NCBI GenBank assembly: GCA_016192205.1
Contig: JACPUP010000050.1
Span: forward strand, 1 to 33,269
Length of the DNA stretch: 33,269 nucleotides
Direction of reading: 5' to 3'
Origin: Candidatus Kerfeldbacteria bacterium
GTDB lineage: Bacteria > Patescibacteriota > Patescibacteriia > SBBC01 > JACPUP01
The notes under the pieces are model-generated. The model did not search any database. It was not told the origin of the DNA and saw only the letters and a program-made list of their open reading frames with translations. Of this stretch, positions 8,412 to 16,883 are shown one piece after another. Positions within the stretch are counted from its first letter, which is position 1. Every line of letters starts with the position of its first letter. The translations under genes were made by a program, and so were the position numbers.

Positions 8412-8590
8412 AACGGGGATGATGGCGACAAGCACTCGACCCCCCACGTGCTGCCGACGGACAACGCCCGTCAGGACGACGCAAGCGGAGCACGGAACGA
8501 ATGAACTGTCGGCGCCGGTCGCCCGAAAAACCAATCGCAAACCCCCTCGGTGGAGCTGTGAGGGCGAGGGTCATGGACTGGGTCACCGCG

Positions 8591-9205
8591 TCAGCCAGAC
8601 TGTTCGCCGACCGAGTTCGCGAGCGTCCGCCAACGCGACCCGCGCCGCTCGCCCCACACGTACACCGCGTACGCAAGCAGCGCGCCCCCGAGCAGATCAG
8701 CCGAGTAATGGGTCTTGGCGAGCAACGTGCCAACGCCGAATGCCAACGTCGCCGCGACAAACCACACGCGGAAACGAGCCGTTGGGAGCCACAACGTCAA
8801 AAGCACCATCAGTCCGAAATGGCCGCCGGGAAAAAACGCGTGCGCAGCATAGGGGTAGAGCGTGAAGCGATCGACCGGCAGGGCAGCTCCCAGTGGCGCG
8901 CCGATCGGTACGAGCAGCAAGAACGAGCCACGCAGAGCGTAATACAGGCCGATGAGCGCCAGGAACTTCGGCAGCTCGTGCCAGCGGCGGCGCAGCAACA
9001 CCGTGGCGAAGACGAGGATGAAGGCGAAGAACGCCAGTTCTCCCCACACGCCGAAATGAACCAACGGCAACCGGTCGACCAGCACATCGGGGACGCGCGG
9101 GAACACGCCGGCGGTGCGTTCGGCAATGGCCAGAGCGGCCATGTGCCATCCGACCCCAACGACCAGGAGGCCCGCTGGTGCTACGAGTGCACGGACGTTA
9201 ACCAC
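8591..9205 (-). CDS. PAP2-superfamily membrane enzyme (sphingomyelin-synthase C-terminal/PAP2_C-like)
   Basis: About 6 TMs; PDVLVDRLP, FFPGGH (cf. FSGH), HYSADL (cf. HYTIDV); GTG 9205 overlaps the upstream stop; start uncertain. Confidence 0.75.
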   Translation of the reverse strand: MVNVRALVAPAGLLVVGVGWHMAALAIAERTAGVFPRVPDVLVDRLPLVHFGVWGELAFFAFILVFATVLLRRRWHELPKFLALIGLYYALRGSFLLLVPIGAPLGAALPVDRFTLYPYAAHAFFPGGHFGLMVLLTLWLPTARFRVWFVAATLAFGVGTLLAKTHYSADLLGGALLAYAVYVWGERRGSRWRTLANSVGEQSG

Positions 9206-9632
9206 TGTAGGTGCGGTCGACGAAAAATCGACAGTCGAACCATTGCTCACGATTCGCAAAAACTTCGTCGACATCTTGGTGCCGTAAATGGAAAATCGCC
9301 TTGGATTCCGTCCATTCCTCAAGCGTCAGATACTCGTTGGCCGTGTTGCCAAGCGTGCCAACCATGACACTGTCGTTCACGGGTTGCGGACGAATGTCGA
9401 CCCCACGGAGCGTGACCGTACGGGTCTCCGCATCGACAACGTAGTAGCGTCCCCCGCCCACGCGCACTTCGATCGCCTCCGGCGTTACGGAAATTGCATG
9501 AACAGTTTGCGGGCGGCAATCAGGGCTCAACGCCGTCTCGCGGTCGGACGCGATCCGTCGAACGACCACAACCACCAACCCCGTAATGCCGGCGAAGAGC
9601 ACCAGGACGAGAACGAAGAAAAAGCGCCGCAT
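9198..9632 (-). CDS. Hypothetical membrane-anchored protein
   Basis: MRR + hydrophobic helix, beta-rich extracellular part with two Cys; co-oriented with neighbours. Confidence 0.7.
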   Translation of the reverse strand: MRRFFFVLVLVLFAGITGLVVVVVRRIASDRETALSPDCRPQTVHAISVTPEAIEVRVGGGRYYVVDAETRTVTLRGVDIRPQPVNDSVMVGTLGNTANEYLTLEEWTESKAIFHLRHQDVDEVFANREQWFDCRFFVDRTYSG

Positions 9633-9763
9633 GCTACTCGGCTCCAGCCGGCCTTTTCATGGATTCTGTTCGAGCGGGGATCTCGGCCTGTGACGCTGAT
9701 TCGAGGATGGTGAAGAGTGGCCACGGTGCGAAGACGAGCATAGTGCTATGGATGATTTAATTA

Positions 9764-9772
9764 AGTATACCA
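9764..9772 (-). promoter_or_regulatory. Extended -10 promoter in an AT-rich patch
   Basis: TGgTATACT followed by TAATTAAATCAT. Confidence 0.55.
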
Positions 9773-9882
9773 CAACATCAGAGGGCAGTCGTCCAGCCGT
9801 CTGACGGAAACGTGCGGCGCAGAGCAGCATGGGAGGCCGCCCCAGGGACGGCCACCCTACCGTCAAACACGTCGCGTGAGGA

Positions 9883-10557
9883 TCAGCTCTTCACCTCGAC
9901 CTCGCCCAAAAGCGACGTCCCCCGGATGCGGAGAGACTGCGTTGCTTGGGGATGCGGCTGCGTCCGGTCCTCCCAGCCGCCTCCGATGGCCGTTCCTTCG
10001 ACGGTCACGCGGACGTCGGTCCCGACGATGACCTCAATGCCACCCATGGCAGTGAACAGATTGAGCGTGGCCCCGTTGGCATAGGTGGTGCCACGCAGAT
10101 CGAGCCTGACGCCACCGAGGATGGCGGTCACGTTACCGCCCTGAAAGCCGACGGCCGAAATCCGCCGCTCGCTCCCGCGAAAAATAACGAACGCGCGGAA
10201 CGCACCACCCGCGAATTCCCCCGCGTGAAAGTGCGGCGCGCGGACGAGCAGCCAAGCACCAATGAGGATGATGCTGCTGGGCCATAGGACGGCGTAGAAC
10301 TGTCCGCCGACCAGGTCGAGCGTGCGCACGAGCAGGCCAAAGCCAATCAGGATCGTCACCAGCGGCCCGGCCACCGAGCGCGGCGTCAAGTACCAGCTGA
10401 ACAGTCCGGCGACGATGATGAGTGCCGGCCACCACCGGCTGAACGAATTCCAAAACGCCAGGAGGCCAATGGCGTCGAGGAGCGCGCCCAGCCCCACCAG
10501 AATGATGAGGGCGCCGAACGGACTCAACGGTGAACGCGATCGCCCATCCCTGGACAA
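9883..10557 (-). CDS. LiaF-like cell-envelope stress protein (LiaI-LiaF-type TM region + DUF2154-like beta domain)
   Basis: TM repeats with WWPALIIVAG / LWPSSIILIG; C-terminal GGVRLDLR..AMGGIEV..LLGEVEVK; SD AAGGAGG 8 nt before TTG. Confidence 0.85.
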   Translation of the reverse strand: MSRDGRSRSPLSPFGALIILVGLGALLDAIGLLAFWNSFSRWWPALIIVAGLFSWYLTPRSVAGPLVTILIGFGLLVRTLDLVGGQFYAVLWPSSIILIGAWLLVRAPHFHAGEFAGGAFRAFVIFRGSERRISAVGFQGGNVTAILGGVRLDLRGTTYANGATLNLFTAMGGIEVIVGTDVRVTVEGTAIGGGWEDRTQPHPQATQSLRIRGTSLLGEVEVKS

Positions 10558-10560
10558 GGG

Positions 10561-10680
10561 TTAGTCCTCCTTGATGATGATGCGCCGGCTGTTCCCCTCC
10601 CGAACCAACGCCTTGACCTTTTCGACCGGGTCCTGACCGCTCACCGTGAACGCTTCGGTGTGCTGCCGTCCAGTGGGCAT
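10561..10680 (-). pseudogene. Truncated DUF4342-family gene (39 aa)
   Basis: Manual translation MPTGRQHTEAFTVSGQDPVEKVKALVREGNSRRIIIKED* matches the DUF4342 N-half but lacks the hydrophobic C-half; SD AAGGAG and TTGACG-N16-TAGAGT upstream. Confidence 0.7.
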
Positions 10681-10722
10681 AGGTGCTCCTTAAACTCTAC
10701 TCTACCGCAGATGCAGGTATCG

Positions 10723-11106
10723 TCAACGGGCGCGCCGTTGTCGCTCCCAGGCGCGTACATGCTGTTCCCCCATCCCAAGGTGGTGACCGACCTCGTGGAG
10801 GACCGTCGCGTGCACAATCGCGCGAATCTCCGCTGGACTGCCGCGGCCCAGCTCCTCAATGACGCCCTGGAAAATGGTAATTTTATCGGGCAGCACCGCC
10901 GAGTAATGCACTCCCCGCTGGGTCAATGGCACACCTTCATACAGGCCGAGCAGGACCGACCCGCGTCGGATCCGTCGGACGCCTGGTCCAGCTCGCCGCA
11001 CGTGGTCCTCCACGACGAACACGACGTTGCTCATCCGTTCTCGGATCGACTCCGGAATCGTGAGCAAGGCCTCACGAATGTAGCGTTCAAACAGTCGTCG
11101 CTCCAC
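10723..11106 (-). CDS. Minimal zincin-like metallopeptidase (Zincin_1/DUF1025)
   Basis: LLGLYEGVPLTQR..LPDKITIF..TVLHEVGHHLG (HExxH); second GTG chosen, 6 nt after TGgTATACT (11113-11121). Confidence 0.9.
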   Translation of the reverse strand: MERRLFERYIREALLTIPESIRERMSNVVFVVEDHVRRAGPGVRRIRRGSVLLGLYEGVPLTQRGVHYSAVLPDKITIFQGVIEELGRGSPAEIRAIVHATVLHEVGHHLGMGEQHVRAWERQRRAR

Positions 11107-11128
11107 GGGCACAGTATACCATTCGTCC

Positions 11129-11156
11129 TTGACAGCGAGGAGGAGCAGCGTAGGCT
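11129..11156 (+). promoter_or_regulatory. Putative sigma70 promoter
   Basis: TTGACA (11129-11134), 16 nt, TAGGCT (11151-11156), upstream of ORF 11190. Confidence 0.5.
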
Positions 11157-11189
11157 TGATTCGATCACCGCCAATCGGGAGGGAGGAGG

Positions 11190-11621
11190 ATGGTGATGTA
11201 TCGGACGATCCTCGTCATCGGAATGTTCGCGGCAGTCGCCTACCGGCTCTGCCGATCGAGGCAGCCAAGCCCAACCGCTCCAGCCCAGCGGACCGAACTC
11301 TGGTCGTCTGACGGAATGCGCCTTATCGCCGCCTGCGCTGATGGGACGGTGCTGGACGCGCGCGGGGCCGAGCTCGGAATCATTCGATTGCCCCAAGCCG
11401 AACGGAACCAACGAATTCTCGGCCGTGTCAGCGAGGATCGCATCCAGCACCTTCGACGAAACGCACTCGCAGCGTACATTCGAGGCCACTGCATTGTCTC
11501 GTCAGACGAGCGGCTCATCCTGTTCCGCTTCCGCGGAGATTCCCGCGTCGCGGGTGCCATGGCTCTGATCCTCCTGGCGACGTTCGAGGAGGCACTCGCG
11601 CTCTGTGTGCCGAACGACTAA
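11190..11621 (+). CDS. Hypothetical membrane-anchored protein
   Basis: GGAGG-rich SD, N-terminal TM, promoter upstream, hairpin immediately downstream. Confidence 0.75.
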   Translation: MVMYRTILVIGMFAAVAYRLCRSRQPSPTAPAQRTELWSSDGMRLIAACADGTVLDARGAELGIIRLPQAERNQRILGRVSEDRIQHLRRNALAAYIRGHCIVSSDERLILFRFRGDSRVAGAMALILLATFEEALALCVPND

Positions 11622-11648
11622 AAGACTCCGGACCGCTCGCCGGAGTCT
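11620..11648. terminator. Hairpin terminator between convergent units
   Basis: AGACTCCGG (11623-11631)/CCGGAGTCT (11640-11648), 8-nt loop; short T-run follows on the - strand. Confidence 0.6.
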
Positions 11649-11836
11649 CGTTCCTCTTCGAAGACCCTGAACGGCTAGCGCCCGGTCTTCCATTGGCCCG
11701 CGACCGGCGTCACGGTTTCCGGGGGCGTTCGGGCCTCGCTGCAGGCTCGGTCGCTTTGGGCAACGAACTCCGGACCGCAGTGGTCTCCTCCGTTGGCGTG
11801 GTTGGCTGTTCCAGACGCGTGGCCAATGAATGGTGG

Positions 11837-14011
11837 CTATCGTTTGAAGAGTAACGCAAAGCGCTGGTCCGAGTCGACCACGGACGAAAACGAGACGACC
11901 CTTTCTTGGCTGGTCACCGGAACCGTAGCGAACCGCAGGTCCTGCCCGGACCAGGCCTGGACCTCAAACGGCAACGGTGCGGCCCCCGGCTGTTTCGCAA
12001 TGGTCAGCCGGTACTGGTCGCCGCTCGACTGACGGTCAATCCGCGCGCCGGACCGATAGCGGAACGTAACGGTTTGCACTTCACCCGGCTGGAGTTCGAT
12101 CCAGTTGCCGAAGGCGACGCGGCCAAATTCCTCGGTCTTCCGCGTGCCCGACAACTCATCCAGGACCGGCTGCTTCTCAATTTGAAGCAGATCCGCATCG
12201 AGTTCCGCATCATCCGGCGGTGGGAACAATGCGGTTGAGGGTAAGCGGTCAAACCCGCGCGACTCAAGGAGAACGCTCCCCGCTGGTAAATAGATTTTGA
12301 CGTACCCACGGTACCGTACGCCCGTCCAGCGATCACCAGGCGTCCCGGCGTGGCGAATGGTAAGCTGGAGGGTATTCTCCATGGTCTCGTCGACGATTTT
12401 CACATCGAGCGTCGCAGAACGTTCGAGCGCTCGACTGGTCTTCCCGCCGCCGAGGTTGGCTTCGACCACGGCCAAGAAATCTCCATCATCCGAGGGTAAC
12501 GCGCCGGTCCAGCCCAGCGTATGGAGGCTCGAGCGCTGTGCATCGTCGCGGAGCCAGAGCATGAGATCTTTCGTGCGGAAGCTCTCCTCGAGGGCGCTCA
12601 AGACCGCCACGAGATCGTCCGGCTCGACGCTCCCAAGGCGCTCGAGGACAGCGGGGATGAGGTCGATGACGAACTGCTTCGGTTGATTCGTGTGGATGTC
12701 ATAGGCGAGCTCCACCTGGTCCTGGGTCGTACGGACGAAGTTTTCTTCCGTCAGGACGACGCCGTACGCCGGCATCGGCAACGGGCCGGTTGCGGCCAAC
12801 ACCCGCTCAACCACTCGCGGTGTGAGTGCAACGAGCCCGTCAATGGCAAATCCCCTTGCTTGCTCATAAAACCACGTCACCTTCTCGGCCGAGGTGGGAA
12901 AGTGAGCGAACCAGTTGGCATCGTGGAGCGTCCAGATCGGGGCCACGGTACTCACTGGCTGCGGCGGCACGAGGTGTTTCGGAAAGTAATCGTTCACGGC
13001 AAAGGGCCCGCGACCAGGCGCGTCGAGGATTTTGAACCCGCCCTGGTCAAAGCGCACGAGCGCCAGGGAGCCCAAGAAACCTCCGCCGGGCCGAAGTTCC
13101 GTATCGTTTTCAAAAACGAACAGCAATTCCCGCGGCCGATCGCTGCCGAACAGGTGTTCGAGCAGCGGAATCATGACGGCGCTCCGTCCGAGCTGCGCGT
13201 GGACCATGGCGAGGTTATCCTGCAAGGCCGAGAAGGCGGCCCGATACTTCCGGGGCAGGTGATGCGGATTCACGTCGTCCAATTCCAGGAGGGCCTGCGC
13301 GACGAGATGGAGACTGGCCGCAACATCCGCCGAGCGCGAGAGAAAGGTTTTGGCAATCGGAAAACGCTCTCCGGGTTGGGTTGGTGTTTCGAGCAGTGCG
13401 ACCAGCGTCCGGGCAAACGTTTCACCGGCCGACGAGAGCTGGTGGCCCGCGGTGAGCAACCGCTGTCCATCCTGGACTTTCCCCCGCGTGAAGGGAGAAA
13501 CGTTGAGGAGCGTTTTAACCGCGCCTTGGGAGCCATCGAAAACGTGCTGGGCTTCGGCAAATTGTGCTTCCGCCTGAGCAAACCTGTCAGCCGCGTCGGC
13601 AAAACGATACTCCTGCAAGGCTCCGCCCGCTTCGGTAAACGTTGAGAGCGCGGCGGACGACGACCGCACGAGTTCATCCTCCCACGCGAGCAACGGTCGA
13701 ATGCCGCCGAACACGAGGACGGGGACGAGGAACAGTGCTGCCAGCGCCGCGAATGGGCTGATGCGTTTGAGGACCAGACGCGGCGGCAGCGACGGGGCGG
13801 ATGGACGCTTGGGTGGTGGTGGCAGCGGCGACTGCCGCGGTCGTGGTGCTGGTGCCGACCGACGCCGGAACCACAGCCAGGCTCGTTGCGTCCGGCGCGA
13901 CCTGGCCGCCCGGGCGTTGCGCTCGCCAGCCAGGCGACGCAAATCAACGACGTTCGTCAGCGGAACGTCATGGTGTTGCGCCCGGTTGTCCGCTCCCTTA
14001 GCGTGTTCCAT
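11837..14011 (-). CDS. DUF4012-domain membrane-anchored protein
   Basis: TM + long helical region, then ENDTELRPGGGFLGS, DANWFAHFPTSA, IDGLVALTP, VVEANLGGGK; SD GGAGGTG. Confidence 0.88.
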   Translation of the reverse strand: MEHAKGADNRAQHHDVPLTNVVDLRRLAGERNARAARSRRTQRAWLWFRRRSAPAPRPRQSPLPPPPKRPSAPSLPPRLVLKRISPFAALAALFLVPVLVFGGIRPLLAWEDELVRSSSAALSTFTEAGGALQEYRFADAADRFAQAEAQFAEAQHVFDGSQGAVKTLLNVSPFTRGKVQDGQRLLTAGHQLSSAGETFARTLVALLETPTQPGERFPIAKTFLSRSADVAASLHLVAQALLELDDVNPHHLPRKYRAAFSALQDNLAMVHAQLGRSAVMIPLLEHLFGSDRPRELLFVFENDTELRPGGGFLGSLALVRFDQGGFKILDAPGRGPFAVNDYFPKHLVPPQPVSTVAPIWTLHDANWFAHFPTSAEKVTWFYEQARGFAIDGLVALTPRVVERVLAATGPLPMPAYGVVLTEENFVRTTQDQVELAYDIHTNQPKQFVIDLIPAVLERLGSVEPDDLVAVLSALEESFRTKDLMLWLRDDAQRSSLHTLGWTGALPSDDGDFLAVVEANLGGGKTSRALERSATLDVKIVDETMENTLQLTIRHAGTPGDRWTGVRYRGYVKIYLPAGSVLLESRGFDRLPSTALFPPPDDAELDADLLQIEKQPVLDELSGTRKTEEFGRVAFGNWIELQPGEVQTVTFRYRSGARIDRQSSGDQYRLTIAKQPGAAPLPFEVQAWSGQDLRFATVPVTSQERVVSFSSVVDSDQRFALLFKR

Positions 14012-15149
14012 TCGTCACCTCCACGACCGAACGATACACGGCGAGCGTCTCTGAAGCAAGCCGCCGCCAGCTGTACTTTTTCACCTGCACGAAACCCCGC
14101 GCGCGGAGTTCTGCCAACTGGCGCGGACTCGCCAGCGTTTCCACGATCACACGCGCCATGTCATCGGGTCGTTTCGGATCGAAGTAGACGGCCGCATCAC
14201 CGAACACTTCGGGCAAGCACGAGCTGCGCGAGGACGCCACGGGCAGACCACAGCGCATGGCCTCGAGCCCAGGAAGGCCAAACCCTTCGGACAGCGAGGG
14301 GAAGACGTACAGCCCGGCTCCTCGGTAGAACGCCCCCAAGTCAGCGTCGGGGACGAACCCGGGGAAGACCACCTCGCGGCCGGGTTCCAGGTCGAGCGAC
14401 GCGGCAAAGGCTTGGAGCCGTTGGCGGAAATAATCGTCCTTGCCGGCAACGACCAGCACGAGGCGCGGATTGGCAGCGCGGACCCGAACCCACGCCCGCA
14501 GGAGCATTTCCAAGTTCTTGTGCGGGTACGCGTTGCCCACGTACAACACGTACCCAGGCCGGAGGTGGTACTTGGCGACAACCGCCTGGTCGGCCTGCTC
14601 GCTCGCCGGGGGGACGATGGCAGACGCGCCCTCATACGTGACGGCCACGCGCCGCGGGGAGATCGGAAAATGGCGCAGCAAGTTCTGCTTCGAGTACTCG
14701 GAAATGGTGATGATGCGCGCGGCCCGCTCGATGGCGCGACGGATGACGACATGGTAGGCCTTGCGCTTCAACCAGTACTGGGTCCGGCTCAAGGTTGAGG
14801 CGCGTTCTGTCGGAAAATCGTGGAGGATGAGATCGTGGACGGTGACGACGAACGGCTGGGGACTGAACACGGAAACGTTGAAATGCGGGAAGTGCAGCAC
14901 GTCAGCCTGGGCCCGCCGGAGGACGGGTGGGAAACGCAGCTGTTCGGTCAGCGTGTACCAGCGGTAGGGAAAGAGCACCCGTGTGACCTGCGGATGGTTG
15001 GCATAGACGTGGTATCCCTCGGGCCGGAGAAAGAGCGTCAGGCGGACATTGGCATCGAGGGCCAGGAGGTTGTCGATGAGTTCGGCCGTGTAGCGGCCCA
15101 AGCCGCTGCTCGACGGACCGAAAAACCGGGCATCGATCCCAACGTGCAT
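13998..15149 (-). CDS. Glycosyltransferase family 4
   Basis: IDAR..GLGRY, VTVHDL, HKNL, FPSLSEGFGLPGLEAM (EX7E). Confidence 0.93.
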   Translation of the reverse strand: MHVGIDARFFGPSSSGLGRYTAELIDNLLALDANVRLTLFLRPEGYHVYANHPQVTRVLFPYRWYTLTEQLRFPPVLRRAQADVLHFPHFNVSVFSPQPFVVTVHDLILHDFPTERASTLSRTQYWLKRKAYHVVIRRAIERAARIITISEYSKQNLLRHFPISPRRVAVTYEGASAIVPPASEQADQAVVAKYHLRPGYVLYVGNAYPHKNLEMLLRAWVRVRAANPRLVLVVAGKDDYFRQRLQAFAASLDLEPGREVVFPGFVPDADLGAFYRGAGLYVFPSLSEGFGLPGLEAMRCGLPVASSRSSCLPEVFGDAAVYFDPKRPDDMARVIVETLASPRQLAELRARGFVQVKKYSWRRLASETLAVYRSVVEVTNGTR

Positions 15150-15158
15150 ACCAAAACG

Positions 15159-15776
15159 TCACGCCTCGGTCGGGAGCGCTCGGAGGTACGCCAGGACGGA
15201 TACGGTCGACAACGCCACGAGAAACCCGGCCAGCAGCCCAGCGAACGTGTAGAGTAGGAGGTTCGGCCGCGTCGCCACGATGAGGGGATTCGTCCCAACG
15301 ATTTCGAACAGCGCCGTTTCATCGGCGGTCTGGTTGAGTGCGGCTGCGCGTTCCTGCATGGTGGTGGTAACGGCTTCAGCCAATATCGCGGCGCGCTCTT
15401 CCGTTGACTCTGCGAACGTCACAATGATGTTCTGGGCTGCTTCCTTCTTCGTCGAGAAACGCCGCACCAAGCTGTTCAGCGACGAGACGTCAACCGAGAG
15501 TCCGGCGTTGTCGTAGACTTCGCGCAAGACCGATGGGGTGGAAAACCAGCTCACCACCGTCTGGGAGAAGAGGTCGGCCGCCTGGATGGCGTAGTACCCG
15601 TCGTACTCGTACTGGTCGGTCGGGCCTTGATTGATGCGATTGACGGCAAAGGAGATCGATGTCTCGTACCGCACTGGACGGCTCCAGGCAACGACGAGTG
15701 CGGCCACGCCCGCCAGCAGCGTGACCACAATGATGAATGGCGTTGGGCGACGGATGAGGGAGGAAGTGAGACTCAT
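15159..15776 (-). CDS. Wzz/CapA-like polysaccharide chain-length determinant (short two-TM type)
   Basis: N- and C-terminal TMs, PVRYE after TM1, Pro before Gly-rich TM2; lies in a glycosyltransferase operon. Confidence 0.65.
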   Translation of the reverse strand: MSLTSSLIRRPTPFIIVVTLLAGVAALVVAWSRPVRYETSISFAVNRINQGPTDQYEYDGYYAIQAADLFSQTVVSWFSTPSVLREVYDNAGLSVDVSSLNSLVRRFSTKKEAAQNIIVTFAESTEERAAILAEAVTTTMQERAAALNQTADETALFEIVGTNPLIVATRPNLLLYTFAGLLAGFLVALSTVSVLAYLRALPTEA

Positions 15777-16882
15777 AGGTCATGGTCCTTTCGAAATGAT
15801 TCCCAGGTGGTGGAGACAAATGATTGGAAACGCTCTTGGAAGCGCTGCGTGTCGAAGCGCAACGCGTGCTCGCGAATGGCCGGCGGTGAAAACCGCTCGG
15901 GCTGGAAACGGATGATGGCATCAGCCAATGACTCCCAGGTTGGCTGGTGGAAGAACGTTCCGGTTACCCCTTCGATGACGGTCTCGAGCGCGCCACCACG
16001 ACCGTACGCGATGACCGGCCGTCCCGAGGCCATCGATTCGATGGCCGTGATTCCGAAGTCCTCTTCCTGCGGATTGATGAACCCGACCGCGCGCGCATAC
16101 AACGTGGCGCGGTCTTCCTCGCTCACTTTCCCGAGCAACTCGACGTTTTTCGCGGCCAGATTCTTGAGGAATGTGTACTCTGGCCCAACGCCGAATATTT
16201 TCAACGGGATCCCGAGCTTGTTGAACGCACGGATGGACAGATCGAACCGCTTATAGGGTACCAGCCGACCGCCCATAAGGTAATACGACTCCGGGTGACT
16301 CGCAATGGCGAAACGGCTCGTGTCCACCGGTGGGTAGATGACCGTGCTGTCACGGCGGTAGTACTTGGCAATCCGTCGCTGAACCGGCTTGGAATTGGCC
16401 ACGAACGTATCGACCCGATCAGCCGCCAGCCGATCCCATTGGCGAATCCGACTGAGAAACAGTGGCAGGATAGATTTGATCACGCGGTTGGTGGGAAATT
16501 CCTGCAGGTAGCTGTGCGTGTCCGACCACAGGTAACGGGTCGGAGTATGGCAGTAGCAGAGGTGGAGCGTATCCGGCCGCGTGATAACCCCCTTGGCGAA
16601 CGACGCGGTGGACGAGATGACGACGTCGTAGTCCATGACGTCGTAGCTCTCGACCGCGATGGGCATGAGCGACAAGAACCACTGGTACTTCCGCCGCCCC
16701 AGCGGCAGCGATTGGAGGAACGACGTCCGAATATCCTTGCCCCGGAAGGCGGGATTGGCATGGCGCTCGTCGTAGACCAACGTGAATGTGGGCGCGTCTG
16801 GATAGAGTTCCTGGAGCACGCGCAAGACGAGCTCGGCGCCCCCGTCCTGGGCCAGGTGATCGTGGACCAACGCGACGCGCAT
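15773..16882 (-). CDS. Glycosyltransferase family 4 (WbaZ-like)
   Basis: MRVALVHDHL..GGAELVL, YCHTPTRYLW, GRLVPYKR, EDFGITAIESMASG. Confidence 0.93.
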   Translation of the reverse strand: MRVALVHDHLAQDGGAELVLRVLQELYPDAPTFTLVYDERHANPAFRGKDIRTSFLQSLPLGRRKYQWFLSLMPIAVESYDVMDYDVVISSTASFAKGVITRPDTLHLCYCHTPTRYLWSDTHSYLQEFPTNRVIKSILPLFLSRIRQWDRLAADRVDTFVANSKPVQRRIAKYYRRDSTVIYPPVDTSRFAIASHPESYYLMGGRLVPYKRFDLSIRAFNKLGIPLKIFGVGPEYTFLKNLAAKNVELLGKVSEEDRATLYARAVGFINPQEEDFGITAIESMASGRPVIAYGRGGALETVIEGVTGTFFHQPTWESLADAIIRFQPERFSPPAIREHALRFDTQRFQERFQSFVSTTWESFRKDHDL

Positions 16883-16883
16883 G

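Noticed and set aside
8480-8570. Possible SRP RNA or c-di-GMP riboswitch (TCAGGAC.., GCAAACC..)
   Set aside because: The rest of each consensus (GGAAGGAAGCAGC; GAAA..GACGCAAAG spacing) is missing
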